Origin: the human T2T-CHM13v2.0 reference genome, Homo sapiens
Length of the DNA stretch: 64,000 nt
Strand: one strand, 5' to 3'
Assembly (NCBI RefSeq): GCF_009914755.1
Contig: NC_060928.1
Part shown: piece after piece, positions 27,340 to 39,946 of the stretch
Layout of the letters: each line of letters opens with the position of its first letter
Position numbering within the stretch: position 1 is the stretch's first letter
Made by a program: the position numbers and the translations under genes
The notes under the pieces: model-generated
What the model was told of the DNA's origin: nothing
The model's input: only the letters and a program-made list of their open reading frames with translations
Databases searched by the model: none

Positions 27340-27850
27340 TGTTCATTCATCCAACAAAAATGACCTTAGTGCCCAATATATTCCAATTATGGAGAATATA
27401 GCAGTAAACAAAAGAAACACAGTTGTTCTCATCTGGGGCAATTAATGATGAGTTCTCTTTCAGACACACTGAATTTGAGTTACTTCCAGAATTACCTAGT
27501 AGAGATGCTTGGAGATACACAGAAATATGGCTTTCAAAAAAAGTTCAGGCAACACTCTCCACAGGCTTAGCTTTGGACACTAAGCACAGACAAATTGAAG
27601 AACGAGGATTTGGAGGGGCTGAGTGAGTGTTTCACTGAAAATACAGTGCAAGCTTGGTGGAACAGGCAATAAACAAGACATCAATTCCACAAATTTTGGA
27701 GACTTCAGAGGTGGAAGTTTCCTGGCGATGAATGAGGAGGTCTAGAGTATAATTGAAGTGGATCAGAGCTAAGATGGGGTGGAGATAGGAGTCAGAGATC
27801 TCAAAGAGAGCCAGGACCATTAAGTTGGAGGACTGGAAAAAGATCATTTT
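27340..27850 (-). mobile_element. L2 fragment
   Basis: TTCATTCATCCAACAAA start; GATGAGTTCTCTTTCAGACACACTGAATTTGAG. Confidence 0.6.
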
Positions 27851-29084
27851 CATTAAAGTTTTTTCAGCATATGAGCAATTTAAACCAACACAATAGAGCT
27901 TGGGATACACTTCAACGATATTTGCACAGATAGTTATTCTGAAGGAAAAGGAAAGTTTAAAGGAGGTTGACATGCCTCAAGAGACCTAAGGTGGGATAGA
28001 ATTCTCATGAATATAAACAATAAAATGGATTGGAGATGAGCTCAAAAAGAAGAAAAATTTTAAATTGTAAAAGCTAAGTATATGACTCATAAAAAATATA
28101 TTCGTAGTGGGGAAGTGGGAAAAATGTTTAAAAAATTACAACTTCAAAGAGCATTGGAAAACTTGGGGAATTGGAGATGAGGAAAACACAAAAGAACAAA
28201 CAACCATATTCAACGTGGCTCAAGAAATGATGTCAAGAACTTTTATTAGAATGATCAATACCATCAAGATATATATACTTTGTAGCCACTAGTGACCTAA
28301 TCCTCCCTTCTCCCACTCATGTTGCAAACGTAAACAATAAACTACAGATCTGGAGCCTATGAAATAATAAAATTAAAAGTACCCTTTTGGGAGGTAACAT
28401 TGGATAATACTGCTTCATCCACAAAAAAATGCAGCAATAAATGAGCCACTCAAAAGAATAAAGATCTCCAAATTCTCTACATTGATAGAGAAAATGTTTG
28501 GTTAATGTTGCTATGGCATTTAGAGTAGCATAATTGGGCAGGAGGTGCTTTTCAGATGTTTTTAATAGTATTTCAACATTTCTTCTCTGACATCAGTTTT
28601 TAAAATTATGAAACTCCAAAGCCTGTCAGGGCATTTAGTAATTATGTAATTTATTAACTTGGGAGGGCTGAGGAAGAGTAGTTTAGTGTTTCATTTCAAA
28701 AATAATTTTCAAGAGCTACAATTGGTTGAACCTGGTGAAGTTTTCCATATTTTCATGAAGATAAAATGCTACTAAGGTCTACAAACAAAATGTATTTTTA
28801 TTAAAATTACTAATGTTTAGTGAAAAATTCAAAGGCTGGGAAAGAAGCACTAAAAAGAATTTTTAAAGCAACAGTTCAATTCACTTGGTTACTGGAAAAG
28901 TCATTTTCCGAGTTAACCTTCAGGGCTATCCACCAGCTGGGAAAGCAGCTTATTTTATTATGTAGTTAATAAATGTCATCCACTCTTCTTAAAAGAGTCA
29001 AATTATGTTACCCTTAAACACTGAAAATGAATCTATAAAAGCAGAAAAGATATACAATAGATTTAACACAAAATATGTATATCA

Positions 29085-29550
29085 AGAGATACTTTTCAAC
29101 TAAATGCAATGTATGGTCCTCAATTGGCCCATGGGTCCAGAAAAATAATAAATAAAAGGCTACAAAAAACAGTTTTGTTATAATTGATGAAATCTGAATA
29201 CAGAATCTATATTAAATTAATATTATTGATTTAAAACTGAGTTTCTTGGGTATAATAATGTTTTCAGATTTAGGTGGAATGTTCTTGTCCCTTAAACATT
29301 CATGCTGAAGTATTTAAGGGTGAAATGTCATGATGTTTGTAACTAATTTTCCAATGTTTTTATTAAGTGTGTTTTTATTAAGTGTGTTTTAAGTGTGAAT
29401 GTCCATGTATGTGCGTATGGGTACACACATAGAGATAAAGCAAATGTTTCAAAGAATTAAAAAATAGGAAATCTAGATACAGTGTATATAAGCATTCACT
29501 GCACTATTATTTCAACTTTTCAGTATATTTTAAATTTTTATAAACAAAAA
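29085..29550 (+). mobile_element. L1MC4/L1ME-type 3' end
   Basis: CAACTAAATGCAATGTATG...ATGCTGAAGTATTTAAGGGTGAAATGTCATGATG...AGAGATAAAGCAAATG. Confidence 0.75.
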
Positions 29551-30389
29551 GCTAGGAGGGTGGTCAAGATATCTCAATTGGACATTATTAGAAATTAGAA
29601 TCTCTACAGAGAGCCAAAGCAGAACTAGGTAGCAAAACATCACCACAAAAACAAATTTACTTAACATCTAAATACATATGATACACTGTATCAGATGTTA
29701 TAACAATATCAAAAATAGTCACAGTCTTCCAAGAACATACAATCGAAGGCCAACACTGCCAACAAACATAAAGAGCACTTAAATAGAAAAAAAGAACACC
29801 TATACAAACTTGAACAATAAAGTAAGCATAAGTTCTAATGATCACCACTTTTCTGACCACAGAAGGAAAAGCTGTACAGATTTGGTAAAGCTCATTCCAT
29901 ATTTTAAGGTTCTATGTACCTTGGACCATGTCACTCAGGCTCACAGGGATATAGAAAGTTTAACCAGTGTCACCTTTTCTTCCAAGAAATTAGAGTGGCC
30001 ATTTAAGAGGGACTTGATTTTATGAGGAAAAGAAGCTTATGTCTGCTCATAAGGCTAGCTTAGAAATTATATCAGAGTATTTTATGTTAAATTACAAATA
30101 TGCCCTAACCCCTGCTTTCCTCCCTGAATCAGTTTAAGAATTCTTTCTTAAAAGCATTTTCTGATTGCCCTGCTAAGTTAGATGTCTTTCCATGTCCTGT
30201 CCTTGTATGTATTTCATGGCATTATTATCACTGATTGTTTTTTTGTTGCTCACACTGACCTAGCACTTGCTAGGTGCTTGAGATACAAGAATGAATAAGA
30301 CAATATGCCATTGACAAGTTTATAGCCTGGTGGTAGAGACACCCATGCAAAGAAATAATGACGTGTATCATCTACTCTTATGCTATCCA

Positions 30390-31134
30390 CCGAGTTGTTC
30401 AACTCACAAACCTTGAATTCCTCTTTTGATTTCCCTCTTTTCTTCACTGACATCTAGGCCATTGGCAAGTTGATTCTACTACCAAACGTAACCTGAACAC
30501 ACCTATTTCTCTTCATTTCCACTATTACTCAGATTCAGATACTAGCTACTCTCACCTGAATAGCTCCCACGAAACACAATTGGCCTCGCATACATGGCCT
30601 TTCCCTCTTGACTTCCTACAGTTTGTTTTCCACAAAGGAGCCAGAGTGATCTTTTAAAGCATAAAATAGATCATGTCAATCTCCTGTTTAAAGCCTTCCA
30701 ATGGTTTCTATTTGGAATAAAATCCAAATTATTTACCATGGCTACCTACGAGGTTCTATATAATCCGGACCTGTCCGTTTCTCTGGCCTCATCTAATTTG
30801 CTTCTTACATAGTATGCTTCAGTCACATGGCCTTCTTTCTATTCCTCAAATATACCAATGTGTTTCCCCTTATACTTTTGCACTAGTGGTTTCCCTCTGG
30901 CTGGAATGCTATGAATATTTGCATCACTGGCTCATTATTATTAATATCACGCAGGTCTTGATTAAAATGTTATTTCTCAGCAAGGTCACTTCCTACCACC
31001 CAATCTAAAATTGCCACCTGACCACTTTCCTCATATCACCCTACTTTAGCTTTATTATAACACTGATAACTACTTGATGTTTTCTTATTTAAGTTTTTAC
31101 TAGCTGCCTCCCTCTTCTAAACCAAGCTTTCTCA
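30390..31134 (+). mobile_element. L2a LINE fragment
   Basis: GCCAGAGTGATCTTTTAAA...AGATCATGTCA.TCTCCTG...CCTTCCAATGG...ATAAAATCCAAA. Confidence 0.8.
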
Positions 31135-31826
31135 GGAGGATTTACTATTGACCTTGCAGAAGTAAAAAAAGAATTGTAAGAGAATACTATGAGCAACTGT
31201 ATGCCAACAAATTAATAATTTACATGAAATGAACAAATCCCTAAAAAGACAAAAACTACTAAAACTGAATGAAGAAAAAATTAAAAATGGATAAACTGAT
31301 AACTAGTAAGGAGATTGAATTAATAGTTTTAAACCTTCCCATAAAGAGAAGTCCAGGGCCAGTTGGCTTCACTGATGACAGTTATAAAGTTTCCAGCAAA
31401 CTTTATTTTAAAAATGAATACAAATTTTTTAAACACTCTTTCAAAAAATAATGAGGAGAAAGCAGTTCCCAATTCTTTCTATGAGGCCAGCATTACTATG
31501 ACAGCAAAACCAATACAATAAAAAAAAAAAAACAAGAAAAAAAGCTATAGGCTGATATCTCTTATGAATATAGATGCAAAATTTCTCAACAAAATACAAT
31601 ACTAGCAAACTGGACCATTAACATACAAAAGGCATTATATACCATGACCAATTTATGAAATAACTGTGTCAATAGGATAATGGACAAAAAACACATGATT
31701 ATCTCGATAAATGCAGAAAAAAGTATTTGACAAAATTCAATACCCATTCATAATAAAAACACTGAACAAAGTAGGAACTGGGAACGTGCTAAGCCTGATA
31801 AAGGAAGGACATCTGGGGAAAAACCC

Positions 31827-32187
31827 CGTATTAGTCTGTTTTCATGCTGCTGATAAAGACATACCCAAGACTGGGTAATTTATAAAGAAAAAGGAGTTTA
31901 ATGGACTCACAATTCGACACGGCTGGAGAGGCCTCACAATCATGGCAGAAGGTGAAAGGCACATCTTACATGCCAGCAGACAAGAGAGAATGAGAGCCAA
32001 GCCAAAGTGGAAACCTCTTATAAAATGATCAGATCTTGTGAGACTTATTCACTACCATGAGAACAGTATGGGGGAAACCATCCCCACGATTCAAGTATCT
32101 CCCACTGGGTCCCTCCCACACCCATGGGAATTATGGGGGCTAAAATTCAAGAGGAGATTTGGGTGGAGTCACAGCCAAACCATATCA
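31827..32187 (-). mobile_element. THE1 (THE1A/B) MaLR solo LTR
   Basis: GTATTAGTCTGTTTTCATGCTGCTGATAAAGACATACCC...CACAGCCAAACCATATCA; ~360 bp. Confidence 0.93.
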
Positions 32188-32289
32188 CCCACATACTTAA
32201 TAATGAAAGATTGAATGCTTTTCCCCTAAAATCAGGAACAAGACAAGAATGGCTACTCACAGCACTTCCATTTAAAACTGTATTGGAGG

Positions 32290-35200
32290 CGGGGATTAAG
32301 GGACCATGGCAGACGGGAGGCAGGACTAGATTGCAGCTCCAGATAGAGCAGCACGCGGAGGCTTGTACTGTGAATTTTAGCTCCAGATCGACTGCAAGGA
32401 CAAATCAGCAATCCTGAGAGGACCCACAGACTCTCTGAAGGACGCGGGCTGCTCCTGCAGGACCCAGGAGACACCCCAAATACTGCGAGTGCCCCAAACT
32501 GCAGAAGTGGGAAAGGGAGACCCTTCTCTCCTGAACACACACCCCTACTGGAGAAGCTGAAGGCCTGTTTGCAAGAGAAGTTCTCGACTTCACCTGGAGG
32601 TGAATCAAGTTAGAGAGCTGAGCTGAGTGAAATACAGGGGTAGATAAGCAGCAGAAAGGCCCTGGGAGCTCGCTGGATCCCCAAGCAGCCCATTCCTGCC
32701 TGGCACCACAGGGATCCACCAGGAGGGAGGCCAGAGGAGCAGGGGGTAAAACTCCACAAGGAGAAGGACTTCGATAGCTGAATTTTGTAATAATTTGAAC
32801 AGGGAGAGAAACCTCCTAGCCAGAACTCAGGGGAGGGCGCAAATCCGGCTTGCAGACTTCACAGGTGGGGGAAGAATTAAAGCCCTTTTCTTTCACAGCT
32901 GGGAGGCAGAAAGCCTCAGGCAAATTTTCAAGCCTGACTCGCCCTCCACCTGGAAACAGACTCAGGGCCGCTGGGTGGGGGCACAGTGGGAGTGAAACCA
33001 GCCCTTCAGTTTGCGTGGGAGCTGGGTGAGGCCTGTAACTGCTGGCTTTCCCCCACTTCCCTGACAACCAGCATGATTCAGCAGAGGCATCCATAATTCT
33101 CCTAGGTACACAACTCCAGTGACCTGGGAATCTCACCCCATCCCCCACAGCAGTCACAGCAAGACCCCTGCCAAGGAGAGTCTGAGCTCAGACACACCTA
33201 GCCCTGCCCCCACCTGATAGTCCTTCCCTACCCATCCTGGTAGCAGAAGACAAAGGACATATAATCTTGGGAGTTCTAGGGCCCCACTCACCGCTGGTCA
33301 CTCTCCATACTACTACAGCTGATGCTTTCTGGAAAGTGCCACCTCCTGGCAGGAGGCCAACCAGCACAAAAAATAGAGCATTAAACCACCAAAGCTAAGG
33401 ACCCCCACAGAGTCTACTGCACTGTCTGCCACCTCCACCAGAACAGTTGCTGGTATCCATGGCTGAGAGACCCATAGATGGTTCACATCACAGGACTCTG
33501 TGCAGACAACCCCCAGTACCAGCCTGGAGGCAGAAAGACTCACTGGGTGTCTAGACTAAGAAGAGAGACAACAATCACTGCAGCTCGGCTCAGAGGAAGT
33601 CACATCCACAGGAAAAGGGGGAGAATACTACATCAAGGGAACACCCATGGGACAAAAAATCTGAACAACAGCCTTCAGCCCTAGACATTCCCTCTGACAG
33701 AGCCTACCCAAATGAGAAGGAACCAGAAAACCAACCCTGGTAATACGACAAAATGAGGCTTGTCAACATCCCCCAAAAATCACACTAGTTCACCAGCAAT
33801 GGATCCAAACCAAGAAAAAAAAAATCCCTGATTTAAATGAAAAAGAATTCGAGAGGTTAGTTATTAAGCTAGTCAGGGAGGGACCAGAGACAGGTGAAGC
33901 TTGATGCAAGGAAATCCAGAAAATGATACAAGAAGTGAAGGGAGAAATATTCAAGAAAATAAATAGCTTTAAAAAAGAAATCAAGAAACTGTGGACACAC
34001 TTTTAGAAATGCAAAATGCTCCAGAAACCCACCTAACACATAAGGACTCATATAACTTAAAGGGGTGGGAAAAGGCATTTCATGCAAATGGACACCAAAA
34101 GTGAGCAGGGGTAGCTATTCTTATATCGGACAAAACAAACTTCAAAGCAACAGTAGTTAAAAGAGACAGGGACATTATATAATGGTAAAAGGCCTTGTCC
34201 AACAAGAAAATATCACAATTCTAAACACATATGCACCTAACACTGGAGCTCCCAAATGTATAAAATGATCACTCAATTACTAATAGACCAAAGAAATGAG
34301 ATAGACAACAACACAATAATAGTGGGGGACTTCAATACTCCACCGACAGCACTAGACAGCTCACCAAGACAGAAAGTCAACAAAGACACAATGGATTTAA
34401 ACTATACCTTGGAACAAATGGACTTAACAGATATATACAGAACATTTCATCCAACAACCGCAAAATACACATTCCGTTCAACAGCACATGGAACCTTCTC
34501 CAAGATAAAACATATGATAGGCCATAAAACGGGCCTCATAAGTCTAAGAAAATTGAAATTATATCAGGCACTCTCTCAGACCGCAGTGGAGTAAAACTGT
34601 AAATCAACTCCAAAAGGAACCTTCAAAACCACGCAAATACATGGAAATTAAATAACTTGCTCCTGAGTGAGCATTGGGTCAAAAATGAAATGAAGATGGA
34701 TATTTAAAAATTATTCAAATTGAGTGACGATAATAACACAACCTATCAAAACCTCTGGGATACAGCTAAGGTGGTGCTAAGAGGAAAGTTCATAGCCCCA
34801 AATGCCTACATCAAAAAGTTTGAAAGTGCACAAACACACAATCTAAGGTCACACCTCAAGGAACTAAGGAAACAAGAACAAACCAAACCCAAACCCAGCA
34901 GAAGAAAGGAAATAACCAAGATCAGAGCAGAACTAAATGAAACTGAAACAAACAAACAAAAAAATTCAAAAGGTAAATGAAACAAAAAGGTAGTTTTTTG
35001 AAAAGATAAATAAAATTGATAGACCATTAGCAAGATTAACCAAGAAAAGAAGAGAGAAAATCCAAATAACCTCACTGAGAAACAAAACAGGGGATATTAC
35101 AACTGACACCACTGAAATACAAAAGATTATTCAAGGCTACTATGAACACCTTTACACATATAAGCTAGGAAACCTAGAAGAGATGGATAAATTCCTGGAA

Positions 35201-37558
35201 AAATACTACCCTCCTAGCTTAAATCAGGAAGAATTACATACCCCGAACAGACCAATTACAGGCAGTGAGATTGAAATAATAATTTTAAAATTACCAACAA
35301 AAAAAAAAGTCCAGGACCAAACGGATCCACAGCAGAATTCTACCAGACATTCAAAGAAGAATTGGTACCAATCCTTTTGACACTATTCCACAAGATAAAG
35401 AAGGAACCCTCCCTAATTCATTCTATGAAGCCAGCATCACCCTAATACCAAAACCAGGAAAGGACACAACCAAAAAAGAAAATTACAGACAGATATCCTT
35501 GATGAACACAGATGCTAAAATCGTTAACAAAATACTAGCTAACTGAATCCAACAACATATCAAAAAGATAATCCACCATGATCAAGTGGGTTTCATACCA
35601 GGGATGCAGGGATGATTTAACATACATAAGTCAATAAATGTGATACACCACATAAACAGAATTAAAAACAAAAGTCATATGATCATCTCAATAGATGCAA
35701 GAAAAGCATTAGACAAAATCCAGCATCCTGTTATGATTAAAACTCTCAGCAAAATCAGCATACAAGGGACATACCTTATTGTAATAAAAGCCATCTATGG
35801 CAAACCCACAGCCAACATAATACTGAAGGGGAAAAGTTGAAACCATTCCCTCTGAGAACAGGAACAAGACAAGGATGCCCATTCTCACCACTCCTCTTCA
35901 ACATGGTACTGGAAGTCCTAGCCAGAGCAATCAGACAAAAGAAAGAAATAAAGGGCATCCAAATCAGTAAAGAGGAAGTCAAGCTGTCCCTGTTTGCTGG
36001 CGATATGATCATTTACCTTGAAAAACCTAAGGAGTCCTCCAGAAAGCTCCTAGAACTGATAAAAGAATTCAGCAAAGTTTCCGGATACAAGATTAATGTG
36101 CACAAATCAGTAGCTCTTCTATACACCAACAGCGACCAAGCAGAGAATTGAATCAAAGACTCAACCCCTTTTATAATAGCTGCAAAAAAATAAAATACTT
36201 AGGAATAGACCTAACAAAAAAGTCAAAAAACCTCTACAAGGAAAACTACAAAACACTGCTGAAAGAAATCATAGATGACACCAACAAATGGAAACACATC
36301 CCATGCTCATGGATGGGTAGAATCAATATTGTGAAAATGACCATACTGCCAAAAGTAATCTACAAATTCAACGCAATCCCCAACAAAATACCACCATCAT
36401 TCTTCACAGAGTTAGAAAAAAACAATCCTAAAATACATATGGAACAAAAAAGAGCCCACATAGCCAAAGCAACACTAAGCAAAAAGAACAAATTTGGAGG
36501 CATCACACTACCTGATTTCAAACTATACAATAAGGCCATAGTCACCAAAACAGTGTGGTACTAGTATAAAAATAGGCACATAAACCAATGGAACAGAATA
36601 GAGAATCCAGAAATAAACCCAAATACTTACAGCCATCTGATCTTCAACAAAGCAAACAAAAACATAAAGTGGAGAAAGCACACCCTTTTCAACAAATGGT
36701 GCTGGGATAATTGGCTAGCCACAGGAGAATGAAACTGGATCCTCATTCTCAGGTTCTACAAAAATCAACTCAAGATGGATTAAGGAATTAAACCTAAGAC
36801 CTGAAACTATAAAAATTTTAGGAGTTAACATTGGAAAAACCCTTCTAGACATTGGCTTAGGCAAGGATTTCATGACCAAAAACCCAAAAGCGAATGCAAT
36901 AAAAACAAAAATACATAGCTGGGACCTAATTAAACTAAAGAGCTTTTGCACAGCAAAAGGAACAGTCAGCAGAGTAAACAGACAGCCCACAGAGTAGGAA
37001 AAAATCTTCACAATCTATACATCTGACAAAGGACTAATATTGGGAATCTACAATGAACTCAAACAAATCAGTAAGAAAAAAAAACAAATAATTCCATCAA
37101 AAAGTGGGCTAAGTACATGAATAGACAATTCTCAAAAGAAGATATACAAATGGCCAACAAACATATGAAAAAAATGCTCAACATCACTAATGTTCAGGGA
37201 AATGCAAAGCAAAACCATAACGTGATACCACCTTACTACTGCAAGAATGGCCATAATCAAAAAATCAAAAACCAGTAGATGTTGGCATGGATGCAGCAAT
37301 CAGGGACTTCTACACTGCTGATGGGAATGTAAACTAATACAGTCGCTATGGAAAACAGTGTGGAGATTCCTTAAAGAACTAAAAGTAGAACTACCATTTA
37401 AACCAGCAATCCCACTACTGAGTATCTACCCAGAGGAAAAGAAGTCATTATTCGAAAAAGATACTTGCACAGGCATGTTCATAGCAGCACAATTCACAAT
37501 TGCAAATTGTGGAACCAACCCAAATGCCCCCATCAATCAATGAGTGGATAAAGAAACT

Positions 37559-37593
<35 letters not shown>

Positions 37594-37957
37594 CTCCACA
37601 CACATATATATGATGGAATACTATATATATATATATATAGTATTATTCTAAGTGAAATAACTCAGGAATGGAAAACCAAACATCGTATGTTCTTACTGAT
37701 CTATGGGAGGTAAGCTATGAGGATGCAAAGACATAAGAAGGATACAATGGACTTTGGGGACTTGGGAAGAGTGGGAGGGGGACAAGGGATAAAAGACAAC
37801 AAATAGGGTGCAGTGTATACTGCTCGGGTGATGGGTGCACCAGGATCTCACAAATCACCACTAAAGAACTTATTCATGTAACCAAATACCACCTGTACCC
37901 CAATAACTTACGGAAAAATAAAATAAAATAATAAAAAAAATTAAAATAAAAATAAAT
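32290..37957 (+). mobile_element. L1PB1, both ends intact, most of ORF1 deleted, ORF2 frameshifted (inactive)
   Basis: L1PB 5'UTR (GGAGGCAGGACTAGATTGCAGCTCC); ORF2 EN/RT remnants (IVGDFNTP, GTRQGCP, LFAGDM); L1PB1 3' end (CAAATCACCACTAAAGAACTTA...GTACCCCAATAAC); perfect 16-bp TSD AAAACTGTATTGGAGG at 32274-32289 and 37958-37973. Confidence 0.93.
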
Positions 37958-38735
37958 AAAACTGTATTGGAGGTTCCATACATGGCAATTAGGCAAGAAG
38001 ATGAAATAAAACACATCCAGAAAGGAAAGAAAAGAGTAAAACTATCTCTATTTGCATATGACATGTCCTTCTATATACCAACGAATATACCAAGAATATA
38101 CCAAGGAATCCACTAATAAGCCTATTGGAATTAAGAAGCAAGTGAAGTGATGTTGCAGGGTATAAGACCAATATACAAAAATCAATTGTATTTCTATACA
38201 CCAGCAATGACCAATCCAAAAATGAAATTAAGAATATCCTATTTACATAGCATTAAAATGAATAAAATACATAGGAACAAATTTAACAAAACAAGTGCAA
38301 AACAAACTCTGAAAACTACAAAATACTATTGAAAGAATTTAAGAAAATCTAAAGTGGAAAGACCTAAGTAAATGTTCATGGATCAGAAGACCTAATATTG
38401 TTAAGATGGTTATACTCCCCATGTTGATCTACAGATTCAACACAATCCCTATCAAAATCCCAAATGGCTTTTTGGGAGAAATTGACAAGCTGATTCTAAA
38501 GTTTATATGCAATTTCAAAGGACTCAAAACAGCCAAAGCAATCTTGGAAAGAAGAACCAGTAAGAGGACTCACATTTTCCAATTTCATCAATCAAGACAG
38601 TGTGGTGCTAGCATGAGGATAAACATATAGATCAATGAAATAGAACTGAAAGTCCAGAAATAAGCAGTTATATAAATGTGTGTGTGTGCGCACGTGTGTG
38701 TGTGTGTGTTTGATTAACTTTTTAAAAGTGTACCA

Positions 38736-39504
38736 AGTATTCCATGGTGTATATGTGCCACATTTTCTTAATCCAGTCTATCACTGTTGGGCATTTGGGT
38801 TGGTTCCGGTCTTTGCTATTGTGAATAGTGCCACAATAAACATACATGTGCATGTGTCTTTATAGCAGCGTGATTTATAATCCTTTGGGTATATACCCAG
38901 TAATGGGATTGCTGGGTCAAATGGTATTTCTAGTTCTAGATCCCTGAGGAATCACCACACTGACTTCCACAATGGTTGAACTAGTTTACAGTCCCACCAA
39001 CAGTGTCAAAGTGTTCCTATTTCTCCACATCCTCTCCAGCACCTGTTGTTTCCTGACTTTTTAATGATCGCCATTCTAACTGGTGTGAGATGGTATCTCA
39101 TTGTGGTTTTGATTTGCATTTCTCTGATGGCCAGTGATGAGCATTTTTTCATGTGTCTTTTGGCTGCATAAATGTCTTCTTTTGAGAAGTGTCTGTTCAT
39201 ATCCTTTGCCCACTTGTTGATGGGGTTGTTTTTTTCTTGTAAATTTGTTTGAGTTCATTGTAGATTCTGGATATTAGCCCTTTATCACACACGGGGGCCT
39301 GTTGTGGGGTGGGGAGACGGGGGAGGGGGGAAGGATAGCATTTGGAGATATACCTAATGTTAAATGACGAGTTACTGGGTGCAGCACACCAACATGGCAC
39401 ATGTATACATATGTAACTAACCTGCACGTTGTGCACATGTACCCTAAAACTTAAAGTATAATAATAAAAATAAAATAAAATAAAATAAAATAAAAATTTT
39501 TAAA
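38736..39504 (+). mobile_element. L1PA4-like, 5'-truncated with 5' inversion (twin priming)
   Basis: 38736-~39283 is antisense L1 ORF2 end; ~39284-39504 is sense 3'UTR (CTAATGTTAAATGACGAG, GTAACTAACCTGCACGTTG) with (AAAAT)n tail; TSD AAAAGTGTACCA at 38724-38735 and 39505-39516. Confidence 0.92.
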
Positions 39505-39946
39505 AAAAGTGTACCAGGATAATTCAATGGGAAAAGAATGGTCTTTTCCACAAATGAGGAGGGGACAACTGGATATCTACATACAAAAATAAATAAATGA
39601 ATAAATTTAGATCCTTTATTCATTTCACAGACATCAAAAAATAACTCAAAATGGATCACAGACCTAAAAGTAAGAGCTAAAAGTTTCTGGACCTTGGATT
39701 TAATAATGGTTTCTTAGATATGATAACCAAGAGCATAAACATCAAAATAAAAAATAAATTGGACTTCATCAAAATGTAAACCTTTTACACTAGAAAGAAT
39801 ACCATCCGAAAAGTGAAAAGACAATTCACAGAATGGGAGAAAATATTTGAAAATCATGTCTGACAAGAGACTTCTATGTAGAATATATACAGTACTCTTA
39901 TAACACAAAAAGAATAAAATAACACAATTTAAGAATGGGCAAAAGC

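Noticed and set aside
34256-37543. Endonuclease and reverse-transcriptase-like ORFs as a functional or novel RT system
   Set aside because: Ordinary L1PB1 ORF2 broken by many stops and frameshifts; catalytic FADD reads FAGD
39293-39335. G-quadruplex-like G-run cluster
   Set aside because: Standard polypurine tract of the L1PA 3'UTR
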